A stretch of 64,000 nt of DNA from a candidate division FCPU426 bacterium (GTDB lineage Bacteria; Oederibacteriota; Muellerivitia; Muellerivitales; Muellerivitaceae). The position numbers and the translations under genes were made by a program. A model generated the notes under the pieces. It was not told where the DNA came from, searched no databases, and saw only the letters and a list, made by a program, of their open reading frames with translations. Shown piece after piece: positions 37,806 to 49,753 of this stretch. The DNA is taken from assembly GCA_963738405.1 (NCBI GenBank), contig CAVTWJ010000020.1, positions 64,453 to 128,452 on the forward strand, written 5' to 3'. Positions within the stretch are counted from its first letter, which is position 1, and every line of letters starts with the position of its first letter.

Positions 37806-39941
37806 GTGGCTGAAGATAAAGCAGTACTCATCAAAACGGCTTATTCCTACTATCAAAAAGGGGACTGGGACCGGGCCATTGAGGAATACCACAAGCTCGC
37901 CGATCTCGATCCCAAAGACCTCAACGTTCATAACATGCTTGCGGATATCTATGCCAAAAAGGGGGATGTCTCCGACGCCCTCCAGCAATACGACCTGGTG
38001 GCCCAGGGCTTTGACGAAAAAAATCAAATCGACAAGGTTTTGCAGGTTTACCGGAGGATGTTGAAGCTGGTGCCGGGCGATCCGGCCTTGTCTTCCGCGG
38101 TTCAAAGTCTTATTGAAAAATACATGGCTCGCGCCCAAGAATTGGAAGAAACGGACCCCTCGAAGTCGGCCGATATTTACCGGGCGATCCTGCGGGCGGA
38201 GCCTAGCCGGCCCGAGGCGACCTTCCAGTTGGCTCGGCATCTGATGAAGCAGGGCCAAAAATTGGAGGCCATTGAGGTCCTGATGAACTTGGCGTCCGGC
38301 CTGGACCCTCAAACCCAGACGGGCCGCTTGTCCGAAGTACTCCAGATGGTGGCGGAAATAGACCCTGGCAATGTGGAAGCCCGGGAAAATCTCACCCAGC
38401 TTTTTGTCAAATCCGGCCAGACCTCCTTCGCCTTGAAAAATTTGCAGGCCCTCATCGAAATCCATATCAGCCAAAACGATTATCCCAAAGCCGAACAATC
38501 GGCCCAGCAGGCCCTGGCCTTGGGTGACCAGAACACCTATTACCATTTGGGGGTCATTTACTTCAACCAGCAGAAATATGAGGAAAGCCGCCAGGCCTTT
38601 CAAAGCTTTCTCCAACAGCAGGAAACCCACGTGGGGGCGCTGAAGTACCTGGCGCTGGATTTTTTGAGGATGAATCAAAATCAGGAAGCGGTGAAGGTTT
38701 ATCAAAAAATCTTGGACGTTTATTTCAACGAAAACCTTCTAGACGAGGCGAGGGAAGTCAGGCAAACCATTTTGGAGCTGGATCCCGCTAACGAGTTGAT
38801 AGGCCAATACGCCCTGGATCAGGCCCTGGTTCCCCTCACGGCGGCCTCCGCGCCCGAGCCGGAGGCGACGCCCCCTTCCGCCGCCTCCCCGGAAACTGAG
38901 GAAGCGGATCAACAAGCCTATTTGATTGAGGCCCAGTCCTTCGCCGAAAAGGGTCTCTATGAGCAGTCCATCGATGTTTACCTGGACATGCTCAAGCGCT
39001 GGCCCCATCTGGCCGAAATCCGGACTCGTCTCCAGCAGGTTTATGCCCTTATGGCTCGCGGCAATGAACAGGCTGAAAAGTCGCCTTCCGCCGAGGAAAT
39101 CAAGACCGAATTGGAACAGCAGCTTCGGGAGCAGATGCGCCATGAACTCGAGGCCCAAGCGCGGGTTTCCAGGCAGATGCAGGATGACATGGAGCGCAAG
39201 CGGGAAATGGACCATCTGAAACTCAAGCAAGAGCTTGAATCCAAACTCATGGAACAGGTCCAAAGGACCCGGGAAGAGGAAATGCGCCAGCAGCTTTCGC
39301 GGGAATTCGAGGAAAAGCAAAAGGGACTTCAGCAGGTCAAGGAAGAGATGGAAAAAGAAAAACAGCGATCGCTTGAACACATGCGAAATGAAATGGAAAG
39401 CTCCCGGGCCGAGATGGAAAAACGCATCCGGGAACAGTTGGAAACCGAGTACCGGGATAAGCTGAAACAAGAAACCCAACACCGGGAAACCGAGTCCCAT
39501 GAGGCCCATGAGCAGGAAAAACGCGTGGTGGAGGCCCAGGCCCGTGAAAGGGAAGAACAGGTTCGCGCTCAACTGAGGCTGGAGGAGGATCACCGGCGCC
39601 AGCTGGAAACGCAAAAAAAGGAGCAGGAAGCCGCCAAAGCCCGGATCAACCAGGAGATTTTCCAGGGGATGGAACGCATCCGTCTGGAAAAGGAAAAAGA
39701 AGGAAAACAGTCCCAGGTCGTCCCGCCCCCGCAGGCCCCTTCGGCCCCCACTAAAGCAAACGGCGGAACTTCGGAGGCCATCGACGACCCATTTATCCGC
39801 AAGACCCTGGCCGACATCTATGCCGCGCAGGGCCTCTACGTGGAGGCGCTTAAAATTTACGAACGAATTTTGAGCGAAGAGCCTGAAAATAACGAAGTGA
39901 AAGAAAAGCTGAGGGACATCCTGCGAATGAAGGGCATTTAA
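37806..39941 (+). CDS. TPR-repeat protein with long central coiled coil and C-terminal TPR
   Basis: Many TPR motifs, an E/Q/R-rich stretch, and final 'TLADIYAAQGLYVEALKIYERIL'. Confidence 0.8.
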   Translation: MAEDKAVLIKTAYSYYQKGDWDRAIEEYHKLADLDPKDLNVHNMLADIYAKKGDVSDALQQYDLVAQGFDEKNQIDKVLQVYRRMLKLVPGDPALSSAVQSLIEKYMARAQELEETDPSKSADIYRAILRAEPSRPEATFQLARHLMKQGQKLEAIEVLMNLASGLDPQTQTGRLSEVLQMVAEIDPGNVEARENLTQLFVKSGQTSFALKNLQALIEIHISQNDYPKAEQSAQQALALGDQNTYYHLGVIYFNQQKYEESRQAFQSFLQQQETHVGALKYLALDFLRMNQNQEAVKVYQKILDVYFNENLLDEAREVRQTILELDPANELIGQYALDQALVPLTAASAPEPEATPPSAASPETEEADQQAYLIEAQSFAEKGLYEQSIDVYLDMLKRWPHLAEIRTRLQQVYALMARGNEQAEKSPSAEEIKTELEQQLREQMRHELEAQARVSRQMQDDMERKREMDHLKLKQELESKLMEQVQRTREEEMRQQLSREFEEKQKGLQQVKEEMEKEKQRSLEHMRNEMESSRAEMEKRIREQLETEYRDKLKQETQHRETESHEAHEQEKRVVEAQAREREEQVRAQLRLEEDHRRQLETQKKEQEAAKARINQEIFQGMERIRLEKEKEGKQSQVVPPPQAPSAPTKANGGTSEAIDDPFIRKTLADIYAAQGLYVEALKIYERILSEEPENNEVKEKLRDILRMKGI

Positions 39942-40000
39942 GCGCGGCCTTTTTTTGTTCCAGCCTTCCGACGATCGGGCTTTCATTTCCCGGAGTATCC

Positions 40001-41032
40001 ATGAATACCCAGCTTTTTAACTATCACCTTCCGGAAGAGCGCATCGCCCAGCGGCCACTCTCCCAGCGGGACGCCGCCCGCATGCTGGTGTTGGACCGTA
40101 AAACCGGGCGGGTGGAACATAGCCGGGTGCGGGACCTGGCCCAATGGCTTCTGCCCCACGATCTCCTGCTCGTGAACCGCACCCGGGTGATTCCAGCTCG
40201 GCTCTTCGCCCATAAACCCCAAACGGGCGCGCATCTCGAGATTTTTCTCCTGCGGCCCTCCGGGGGAGAAGGGGTTTGGGAGGCCCTCGTCAAACCCGCC
40301 CGTCGGGTTAAAAATCAGATGGTCCTCAAGCTGGAACCCAAGGGCGAGGCGGAAATCGTGGAAACCCTGGGGGAAGGGCATTTTTTGGTGGAACTGCAGG
40401 GGACCGGCCCCCTAAGGCCTTTTCTTTTCCGCCATGGACATGTTCCCCTTCCCCCCTATATCAAGCGTCCCGACGACTCAAAGGACCGGGAAAGATATCA
40501 AACCCTCTTCGCGCGGGAGGCGGGGTCGGTGGCCGCGCCCACCGCCGGGCTTCATTTCACCAAGGCGCTCTTGAAAAGCCTGTCCCAAAGGGGCATCCGC
40601 CAATCAGAAGTGCTCCTGCATGTAGGGTTGGGGACTTTTCTTCCCGTTTCCGCTGGGGAGACCGAGGACCATATCATGCATCCTGAAATCTTTGAGGTTC
40701 CGTCCAAGGCGGTGAGGGCTGTCAGGGAAGCCCGGAAAAATGGAGGCAGGGTGGCGGCCATTGGGACAACGGTGGTCCGTGCCCTGGAATCCTCCCGGGA
40801 TGAAAATGGGGAATTGACGGCCCAAAAGGGGGAAACCCGGCTTTTCATCACCCCCGGCTATTCCTTCGGCTCGGTGGATATCCTTTTCACGAACTTCCAC
40901 CAACCCCAATCCACCCTCTTGATGCTGGTCTGCGCCTTTGCGGGCCGGGAGAGGGTCCTGGGCGCCTACCAGGAGGCCTTGAAGGAGGGCTACCGTTTCC
41001 TTTCCTATGGCGATGCCATGCTGGTGGTTTAA
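40001..41032 (+). CDS. queA: SAM:tRNA ribosyltransferase-isomerase
   Basis: LPPYI, YQTLFA, AAPTAGLHFT, TNFHQPQST, YRFLSYGDAM. Confidence 0.97.
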   Translation: MNTQLFNYHLPEERIAQRPLSQRDAARMLVLDRKTGRVEHSRVRDLAQWLLPHDLLLVNRTRVIPARLFAHKPQTGAHLEIFLLRPSGGEGVWEALVKPARRVKNQMVLKLEPKGEAEIVETLGEGHFLVELQGTGPLRPFLFRHGHVPLPPYIKRPDDSKDRERYQTLFAREAGSVAAPTAGLHFTKALLKSLSQRGIRQSEVLLHVGLGTFLPVSAGETEDHIMHPEIFEVPSKAVRAVREARKNGGRVAAIGTTVVRALESSRDENGELTAQKGETRLFITPGYSFGSVDILFTNFHQPQSTLLMLVCAFAGRERVLGAYQEALKEGYRFLSYGDAMLVV

Positions 41033-41083
41033 GAGGGGCTTTCGGCCTTGATTCAAACCTCGGAGCTTGTCCCGATTCGATAG

Positions 41084-42277
<1,194 letters not shown>

Positions 42278-42323
42278 AAACGAAAGGGCCGAAGGCCCGG
42301 GTCGTAGGACCCCTCCCCTTTGC

Positions 42324-42352
42324 TTGAAAAAGCCCTGAAACTGTTGTAATTT
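42324..42352 (+). promoter_or_regulatory. Probable gltBD promoter
   Basis: TTGAAA-17bp-TAATTT. Confidence 0.45.
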
Positions 42353-42376
42353 AACTCCCCTTTACTTTGAGACCCT

Positions 42377-42405
42377 AAAGAGGCCCGCGTTGGGCCCTTT
42401 TTTTT
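42377..42405 (+). terminator. Intrinsic terminator-like hairpin directly upstream of gltB
   Basis: AAAG(A)GGCCC-GCGTT-GGGCCCTTT stem running into a T8 tract. Confidence 0.6.
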
Positions 42406-42430
42406 ACCTTTTTTTCCCGTGGAGTCGAAC

Positions 42431-45400
42431 ATGAACCAGACGCCGATCAACGTGAACCCCTCCGAAAATCTCCTCAGCCCCTTTGACGCGGGCAAAGATT
42501 CCTGCGGTGTGGGTTTTGTCGCTAACATCAAAAACAAGAAATCCCATGAAATCGTTCAGCAGGGCGTGGAAATTCTTCTCAACCTTTCCCACCGCGGGGC
42601 CTGCGGCTGCGAGACCAACACCGGCGACGGGGCCGGTATCCTGATCCAAATCCCTGACAAGTTTTTCCGTAAAAACGCCGCGCTGTTCAACCTGACCCTT
42701 CCGGCGGAAGGGGACTATGGCGTGGGGGCGGTGTTCCTCCCCAAGATTCCCGACCACATCCAGTATTGCGAGGAAGTTTTCGCCCGCGTGGTGAAGGAAG
42801 AGGGCCAAACCCTTTTGGGCTGGCGCCTGGTTCCCACCGACAACTCCGAAATCGGGCCCACCGCCCGTGCCTCCGAACCCGTGATGAAGCAAATCTTCAT
42901 CGGTAAATCGAAAGACATTAAGGACGCCGATGCCTTCGAGAGGAAACTGTTCCTCATCCGCAAAAGGGTGGAAAACGCCGTTGCCGCTTCCGTGCTCACT
43001 GAAAAGCACCTCTTTTACATGGCCAGCCTCTCCTGCCGTACCCTGGTCTATAAGGGTATGCTCACCCCCGGCCAAGTGGCCCCCTATTTCAGGGATCTCC
43101 GGGACCAGGACGTGGAATCGGCCCTGGCCCTGGTCCATTCCCGTTTTTCCACCAACACCTTCCCCTCCTGGGATTTGGCCCACCCCTTCCGCTATATCGC
43201 CCACAATGGTGAAATCAACACCCTCCGGGGAAACATCAATTGGATGCACGCCCGGGAAGCCCTCTTCGCCTCCGACTATTATTCGGCCGATGAAATGAAG
43301 AAGCTTTTGCCGATCGTGAGGGAAGGCCAATCCGACTCGGCCACCTTCGACAACGCCCTGGAAATCCTGGTCATGTCGGGCCGCAGCCTGCCACATTCGA
43401 TGATGATGATGATCCCCGAGGCTTGGACCGGTCACGCCACCATGCCCCAATATAAGAAGGACTTTTACCACTACCATTCCTGCCTCATGGAGCCCTGGGA
43501 CGGCCCGGCCTCCATCGCCTTCACCGACGGCAAGGTCATCGGCGCGGTTTTGGACCGCAATGGCTTGCGCCCCTCCCGCTATTACGTGACCAAGGACGAC
43601 CTGGTGGTCATGGCCTCCGAAGTGGGAGTCTTGGATATCGACCCCTCCCGCGTGGCCAAAAAGGGCCGCCTAGAGCCAGGTAAGATGTTTTTGATCGATC
43701 TGGCGGAAAACCGCATCATCGACGATACCGAAATCAAAGAAAAAATCGCCAAGGCCCAGCCCTACGGCGAATGGCTCAAGGAAAACCTGACCAGCGTTGA
43801 AAAATTGCCCGAGGCCCCGCACGTGCCCGAGCCCGACCACGCCACTGTCCTTAAGCGCCAAAAGGCCTTCGGCTATACGCATGAAGATGTGCGCATCCTT
43901 ATGGCCCCCATGGCCACCAATGGGGAAGAAGCCATCGGCTCCATGGGCGATGACACCCCCTTGGCGGTGCTGTCCAACCAATCCCAGCCGCTCTTTAGCT
44001 ATTTCCGCCAGCTGTTCGCCCAGGTCACTAACCCGCCGCTGGACGCCATCCGGGAAGAACTGGTTACCACCGTTAACACCACCGTGGGCCCTGAGGGAAA
44101 TCTGTTAAAGCCCACCCCCGAATCCTGCCGCCAGATCGAGCTCAAGAGCCCTGTGTTGGATAACGACGAGTTGGCCAAGTTCACCCACCTTTCCTATAAG
44201 AACTACAAGGCCATCACCCTGCCGATTCTTTATAAGGTCGCCGAGGGCGGGGCGGGATTGGCCAAGGCCATTGAGGAAGCGCGTGAAAAGGCCAGCAAAG
44301 CCGTGAAGGATGGCTATCAAATCATCATCTTGTCCGACCGGGGCCTGGATCACGACAACGCCCCCATCCCTAGCCTATTGGCCACCTCGGGTGTGCATCA
44401 CCACCTGATCAAAAAGGGGGAGCGCACCAAAGTAGGTTTGATTGTCGAATCGGGCGAGCCGAGGGAAGTGCATCATTTCGCCCTCCTTTTGGGTTACGGC
44501 GCCAACGCCATCAATCCCTACCTGGCCTTTGAGACGCTGGACGACATGATCCGCCGAAAAATTTTGTCTTCCGATATCGACCACAAAACGGCCGTAAAAA
44601 AATACATCAAGGCCGCCAACAAGGGCATCGTGAAGGTCATGTCCAAGATGGGCATTTCCACCATCCAAAGCTACCGGGGCGCGCAGATCTTTGAGGCCGT
44701 GGGGCTCAACGCCGAATTTATCGAAAAGTATTTCACCTGGACCGCCAGCCGCATCCAGGGCATCGGCATCACCGAAGTGGCGAAGGAATCCGAAAAACGC
44801 CACCGGGGCGCCTTCCCCGAACGGCCCTCGCGCGATATGGATCTGGACTGGGGCGGCAAATACCAATGGCGCCGGGAGGGGGAAAAACATCTTTTCAACC
44901 CCGACACCATCCACAAGCTCCAAACCTCGGTCAAAATCAAGAGTTTCAAATTGTTCAAAGAATATTCAAAAGACGTCAACGAGCAGTCCAAGGCTTTGGC
45001 CACCCTGCGGGGCCTCTTCAAGTTCAAAAAGGGAACTTCGATTCCCATCGACCAGGTGGAACCGGCCTCCGAAATCGTGAAGCGTTTCGCCACCGGCGCC
45101 ATGTCCTACGGCTCTATTAGTAAAGAAGCCCACCAGACCCTGGCGATCGCCATGAACCGCATCGGCGGCAAGTCCAATACCGGGGAGGGCGGGGAAGATG
45201 ATGACCGTTATATCCCGGAGCCCAACGGCGATTCCCGAAACTCCGCCATTAAGCAGGTGGCCTCGGGCCGTTTTGGCGTGACCAGCCATTACCTGGTTAA
45301 TGCCAAGGAACTGCAGATCAAGATGGCCCAAGGCGCCAAGCCCGGTGAGGGCGGCCAATTGCCCGCGAAAAAGGTCTATCCCTGGATCGCCAAGACGCGT

Positions 45401-46978
45401 TTTTCAACGCCCTTTGTCCAGCTTATTTCCCCTCCTCCGCATCATGACATCTATTCCATCGAGGACCTGGCGCAGTTAATCCATGACCTCAAGAACGCCA
45501 ATAAGTACGCCCGTATCTCGGTAAAGCTGGTGGCCGAGGTCGGGGTGGGCACAGTAGCGGCCGGAGTCTGCAAGGCCCACGCGGACCATGTCCTCATTAG
45601 CGGCCACGACGGCGGAACCGGCGCCTCTCCGTTAACCTCTATTAAGTACGCTGGAGCCCCCTGGGAACTGGGTCTGGCGGAAACACATCAGATTCTGGTG
45701 AAGAACAAGCTTCGCGACCGCATCGCGGTCCAAACCGACGGCCAGCTCAAAACCGGCCGGGACGTGGCCATCGCCTGTCTGCTGGGGGCCGAGGAATTCG
45801 GTTTCGCCACCGCGGCCCTGGTGGCCGAAGGCTGCATCATGATGCGCGTTTGCCACCTGGATACCTGCCCGGTAGGCATCGCCACCCAAAACCCCGAGCT
45901 TCGCAAAAAGTTCACCGGCCAGCCTGAATATGTAGTGAACTTCATGATGTTCATCGCCGAGGAGCTGCGTGAAATCATGGCCGAACTGGGATACAAAACC
46001 GTTCCTGAAATGGTCGGCCATTCTGAAATGCTCGAGATGAACGAAGCGATTGCCCATTGGAAGTCCAAGGGGCTGGACCTTTCCTCCATCTTCTATCGGC
46101 CCGAAGAATCCAACCAGGGGCCGGTTTATTGCGTGCAAAAACAGGACCACGCGCTTGATAAGGCGTTGGATAACGAAGTGCTCATGGAACGCTGTAAACC
46201 CGCGTTGGAGTCCAAAAAACCCGTCAAGTTCGAGGTGCCCATCCGAAACATCAACCGCACCGTCGGCACCATGGTGGGCGCCGAGATATCCCGAAAGTAC
46301 GGGGCCGAGGGCCTGCCGAATGACACCATTCAAATCACCTTCAAGGGCTCGGCGGGCAATAGCTTCGCCGCATTCGTGCCCCGCGGCATGACGATGCGTC
46401 TGGAAGGGGACGCGAACGACTATTTGGGCAAGGGTTTGTGCGGGGGCAAGATCATGGTTTATCCCTCCCCGGCCTCCACCTTTATCCCGGAAGAAAACAT
46501 CATCGTCGGCAACGTGCTCCTCTATGGCGCTACCAGCGGGGAAGTGTTCATTAGGGGCCGGGCCGGGGAACGTTTCGGCGTGCGTAACTCGGGCGTCGAG
46601 GCGGTGGTCGAGGGCGTGGGCGACCACGGCTGCGAATACATGACCGGCGGAAAAGTGATCGTCATCGGCGAGACAGGTCGCAATTTCGCGGCCGGGATGT
46701 CCGGCGGCATCGCCTATGTCTGGAACAAGACCGGCGATTTCGAGGTGCGCTGTAACAAAGAAATGGTCGGTTTGGAAAACCTGGAATCGGAAGACGTGAA
46801 ATTTATCCAGGATATGCTCCGCAAGCACCAGGACTATACTTCGAGTACCGTGTCCGGGAACATCCTTAAAAATTGGGAAAGTGTAGCCTCGCAGTTCGTA
46901 AAGGTCATGCCGGTCGAATACAAAAAGGCCCTGCAGGCCCAAAAGGACGCCTCGGCCAAGCCCGTGGCCGTCGCTTAA
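42431..46978 (+). CDS. gltB: Glutamate synthase large subunit
   Basis: [54 protein letters not shown] precedes ATG 42431. Confidence 0.98.
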   Translation: MNQTPINVNPSENLLSPFDAGKDSCGVGFVANIKNKKSHEIVQQGVEILLNLSHRGACGCETNTGDGAGILIQIPDKFFRKNAALFNLTLPAEGDYGVGAVFLPKIPDHIQYCEEVFARVVKEEGQTLLGWRLVPTDNSEIGPTARASEPVMKQIFIGKSKDIKDADAFERKLFLIRKRVENAVAASVLTEKHLFYMASLSCRTLVYKGMLTPGQVAPYFRDLRDQDVESALALVHSRFSTNTFPSWDLAHPFRYIAHNGEINTLRGNINWMHAREALFASDYYSADEMKKLLPIVREGQSDSATFDNALEILVMSGRSLPHSMMMMIPEAWTGHATMPQYKKDFYHYHSCLMEPWDGPASIAFTDGKVIGAVLDRNGLRPSRYYVTKDDLVVMASEVGVLDIDPSRVAKKGRLEPGKMFLIDLAENRIIDDTEIKEKIAKAQPYGEWLKENLTSVEKLPEAPHVPEPDHATVLKRQKAFGYTHEDVRILMAPMATNGEEAIGSMGDDTPLAVLSNQSQPLFSYFRQLFAQVTNPPLDAIREELVTTVNTTVGPEGNLLKPTPESCRQIELKSPVLDNDELAKFTHLSYKNYKAITLPILYKVAEGGAGLAKAIEEAREKASKAVKDGYQIIILSDRGLDHDNAPIPSLLATSGVHHHLIKKGERTKVGLIVESGEPREVHHFALLLGYGANAINPYLAFETLDDMIRRKILSSDIDHKTAVKKYIKAANKGIVKVMSKMGISTIQSYRGAQIFEAVGLNAEFIEKYFTWTASRIQGIGITEVAKESEKRHRGAFPERPSRDMDLDWGGKYQWRREGEKHLFNPDTIHKLQTSVKIKSFKLFKEYSKDVNEQSKALATLRGLFKFKKGTSIPIDQVEPASEIVKRFATGAMSYGSISKEAHQTLAIAMNRIGGKSNTGEGGEDDDRYIPEPNGDSRNSAIKQVASGRFGVTSHYLVNAKELQIKMAQGAKPGEGGQLPAKKVYPWIAKTRFSTPFVQLISPPPHHDIYSIEDLAQLIHDLKNANKYARISVKLVAEVGVGTVAAGVCKAHADHVLISGHDGGTGASPLTSIKYAGAPWELGLAETHQILVKNKLRDRIAVQTDGQLKTGRDVAIACLLGAEEFGFATAALVAEGCIMMRVCHLDTCPVGIATQNPELRKKFTGQPEYVVNFMMFIAEELREIMAELGYKTVPEMVGHSEMLEMNEAIAHWKSKGLDLSSIFYRPEESNQGPVYCVQKQDHALDKALDNEVLMERCKPALESKKPVKFEVPIRNINRTVGTMVGAEISRKYGAEGLPNDTIQITFKGSAGNSFAAFVPRGMTMRLEGDANDYLGKGLCGGKIMVYPSPASTFIPEENIIVGNVLLYGATSGEVFIRGRAGERFGVRNSGVEAVVEGVGDHGCEYMTGGKVIVIGETGRNFAAGMSGGIAYVWNKTGDFEVRCNKEMVGLENLESEDVKFIQDMLRKHQDYTSSTVSGNILKNWESVASQFVKVMPVEYKKALQAQKDASAKPVAVA

Positions 46979-46994
46979 GGTTAAGGAAAAAACA

Positions 46995-48440
46995 ATGGGA
47001 AAACCCACAGGTTTCATGGAATCGGGGCGGGAAGCCCAGCACAAGCGCCCGGTCGTCGAGCGCATCAAGGATTGGAAAGAATATGTGCTTCCGGCGGAAG
47101 CGGTGGAACTCACCACCCAGGCTGGCCGCTGTATGGATTGCGGCATCCCCTTTTGCCACCAGGGCTGCCCCTTAGGCAACATTATCCCCGATTGGAACGA
47201 CCTGGTTTACCGAAACCGCTGGCAGGAAGCCATCGAGCGTCTCCACGCCACCAACAATTTTCCCGAGTTCACAGGCCGCCTCTGCCCCGCTCCGTGTGAG
47301 AATTCCTGCACCCTGGGACTGGATGTCTATAAACAGCCGGTCACTATCAAGCAGATCGAGGTTTCTATTATCGACCGAGCCTTTCAGGAAGGCTGGGTCA
47401 AGCCCATGCCGCCCCCAAAGCTCACGGGCAAAAAGGTGGCGGTGGTGGGGTCGGGGCCGGCAGGGCTCGCCTGCGCCCAGCAATTGGCCCGAGTCGGGCA
47501 CAAGGTTACAGTATTTGAGCGGGCGGACCGCATCGGCGGACTTCTTCGCTACGGCATACCCGAATTTAAAATGGAAAAACGCCATATTGACCGCCGAATG
47601 GACCAAATGAAGGCCGAAGGCGTGGAATTTAAGGTGAATGCCAATATCGGCCACAATGTTCCGGTTGAGGACCTTCGTAAAAATTTCGACGCCATCGTTT
47701 TGGCGGGCGGTGCCACCCAGGCCCGCAACCTGCCTGTTCCCGGTCGGGAATTAAAGGGCGTTCATTTCGCCATGGAATACCTGCCCCAATCCAACAAGAT
47801 TCAGGAAGGTGACAAAGTCGAAAACCAAATTCACGCCGCCGGGAAGCACGTGGTTATTTTGGGTGGCGGGGACACCGGAGCAGATTGTATCGGCACCGCG
47901 CACCGCCAGGGCGCGAAAAGCGTCACATCGCTTGAGCTTTTACTGAAACCCCCTAACGAAAGGGCCGCTGACAATCCCTGGCCCCAATGGGCGAGAATCC
48001 TCCGCATCGCACCCGCCCATGAAGAGGGTGGGGAAGTGATCTACAGCGTTTCCACTAAGCAGTTTTTGGGCGAGAACGGGGTAGTGAAGAAGCTCCAGGG
48101 CGTGAAGCTGGAATGGATTCCCCAACCCGCTGGACCGCCTAAGATGCAGGAGATCGCTGGTAGCGAATTCGAAATCCCCGCCGATCTGGTGCTTTTGGCC
48201 ATGGGCTTCCTGGGGCCGGAGAAAAATCCATTATTCGAGAAGCTGGGCATTGAGCTGGACCAGCGCTCCAACGTCAAGGCCGACGCCAACAAGATGACCA
48301 ATGTGCCGGGCATCTTCACCGCGGGTGACATGACCCGGGGGCAGTCGCTGATTGTGTGGGCAATCGCCGAGGGCCGCGCCGCCGCGCGAGGAGTGGATTT
48401 GTATTTAATGGGCGAAACGACCCTGCCCAGTCCGATTTAG
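46995..48440 (+). CDS. gltD: Glutamate synthase small subunit
   Basis: MGKPTGF, RCMDCGIPFC, GSGPAG, GGGDTGADC, GQSLIVWAI. Confidence 0.98.
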   Translation: MGKPTGFMESGREAQHKRPVVERIKDWKEYVLPAEAVELTTQAGRCMDCGIPFCHQGCPLGNIIPDWNDLVYRNRWQEAIERLHATNNFPEFTGRLCPAPCENSCTLGLDVYKQPVTIKQIEVSIIDRAFQEGWVKPMPPPKLTGKKVAVVGSGPAGLACAQQLARVGHKVTVFERADRIGGLLRYGIPEFKMEKRHIDRRMDQMKAEGVEFKVNANIGHNVPVEDLRKNFDAIVLAGGATQARNLPVPGRELKGVHFAMEYLPQSNKIQEGDKVENQIHAAGKHVVILGGGDTGADCIGTAHRQGAKSVTSLELLLKPPNERAADNPWPQWARILRIAPAHEEGGEVIYSVSTKQFLGENGVVKKLQGVKLEWIPQPAGPPKMQEIAGSEFEIPADLVLLAMGFLGPEKNPLFEKLGIELDQRSNVKADANKMTNVPGIFTAGDMTRGQSLIVWAIAEGRAAARGVDLYLMGETTLPSPI

Positions 48441-48609
48441 TCCGCCAAAAAAATTTAGTTTTATAAAAAGGCGAACTGGTGGATTCCGGTTTTATGACCG
48501 GACCGGAATTGTTTGTGGGGATGTGGCCCGGGTTTGAGGATGTGTGACAGGGCGAAATCGACCCGGTCGAGGACGACAAGATCGCGAAGTTGTATTTTTT
48601 CGATCAAGT

Positions 48610-48648
48610 AAGGCCGATTCCAAACCGGGATCGGCCTTTTGTTTTTTT
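48610..48648 (+). terminator. Intrinsic terminator after gltBD
   Basis: AAGGCCGATTCC-AAACC-GGGATCGGCCTT followed by a T-tract. Confidence 0.75.
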
Positions 48649-48937
48649 GGCGCCTGATCGGGTTGCGCAATCCCTTGACACGCAGTTTTTGAAACATCAG
48701 GTCCGGACTATTTCTTTAAAAAGTTCAAAGGTAAAAGAATAACCTCTTGGTAACCTCATTGCCCCTCTGCCGCTATAAATAGCAAAGTTGCCAAGATTCG
48801 ATTTTTCCCATCGGAAAATCTTTTCTGGTTTAACGATTCGGGTGGGCGCAACATTTTCGGATGAAGGGGGATTTATTTTTCATTTTCACTTACAATGCGG
48901 CCCAATGAACCAGGTAAAACCCTCAAGGGGGATTTTG

Positions 48938-49711
48938 ATGAAACTTCTTTTAACCGGCACTATGTTGATCCTGATTTCCTCAAGCCCGGTCTTCGCCATG
49001 ACCGAGGCCATCTTCACTTCCGTCTCCGGCAAGGTGGAGATCAAGGGCCATAAGGGCCACATGCTGCGCATCGCCGAAAAAAACACCACCGTGGTGGAGG
49101 GCGAGCGGATCACCACCGGGCCCCATTCCCAGGCCCAGCTTCAATTCTTCGACGGCTCCCAAATGATCGTTTCCCCCGGCACCGACTTCTGGCTCGAAAA
49201 ACTGCAAAAGCCCGCGGCCAACGACAAGGTGCTCCAATTCAAGCTGGAATTCGGAAAACTCGTCGCCAAGGTTCAGAAACTCATCTCGGCCAAGTCTTCC
49301 TTTGAAATCGACGCGGGGGGCGTGGCTTGCGGCGTGCGGGGAACCGAGTATTCGATGTTTTACGATCCCAAGTCTGGCAAGGTCGACGTGCTGGTTTTGG
49401 ACGGCACGGTTTGGGCCACCGGCAACGGGCAGACCCAAACCCTCGGCGCCGGCCAGGGGGGAAGTTTTATCAACGGCAAGTGGAACCCCCCCGCCCCGCC
49501 CCCGCCCACAGGCGGCCGCCAGGGTTTTATCTATTCCAACCCCTTTTACGGTTTCCACGGCTTCGGCACGGATGATTTTGACAACCACCTGACCGATCTG
49601 GGCAAGGGCTGTCCGGGCGTGGCCGGCACGGTGGGTGATAACAACATCGCCGGGGCCGGCGCGCACAATCTGGTGTTGCAATTGCGCTTTCCCCAGTTCT
49701 TGGCGCCCTAA
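48938..49711 (+). CDS. Secreted FecR-domain protein
   Basis: Signal peptide, 'EGERITTGPHSQAQLQFFDGS', 'GVRGTEY', 'VLVLDGTV'. Start is 48905 or 48938. Confidence 0.85.
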   Translation: MKLLLTGTMLILISSSPVFAMTEAIFTSVSGKVEIKGHKGHMLRIAEKNTTVVEGERITTGPHSQAQLQFFDGSQMIVSPGTDFWLEKLQKPAANDKVLQFKLEFGKLVAKVQKLISAKSSFEIDAGGVACGVRGTEYSMFYDPKSGKVDVLVLDGTVWATGNGQTQTLGAGQGGSFINGKWNPPAPPPPTGGRQGFIYSNPFYGFHGFGTDDFDNHLTDLGKGCPGVAGTVGDNNIAGAGAHNLVLQLRFPQFLAP

Positions 49712-49753
49712 GACGCGGTTGGTTTTGAATCTTATTTTAAGGAAACAGGTTCC

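Noticed and set aside
39942..40000. preQ1 riboswitch upstream of queA-tgt
   Set aside because: The intergenic region is short and lacks the preQ1 hairpin and A-rich tail.
45632..47182. 516-aa antisense ORF (and similar ones at 42404-43477, 38739-39986, 35815-36933, 37764-38705, 20173-21096)
   Set aside because: These are shadow ORFs opposite well-supported genes. They are expected from codon bias and show no recognisable motifs.
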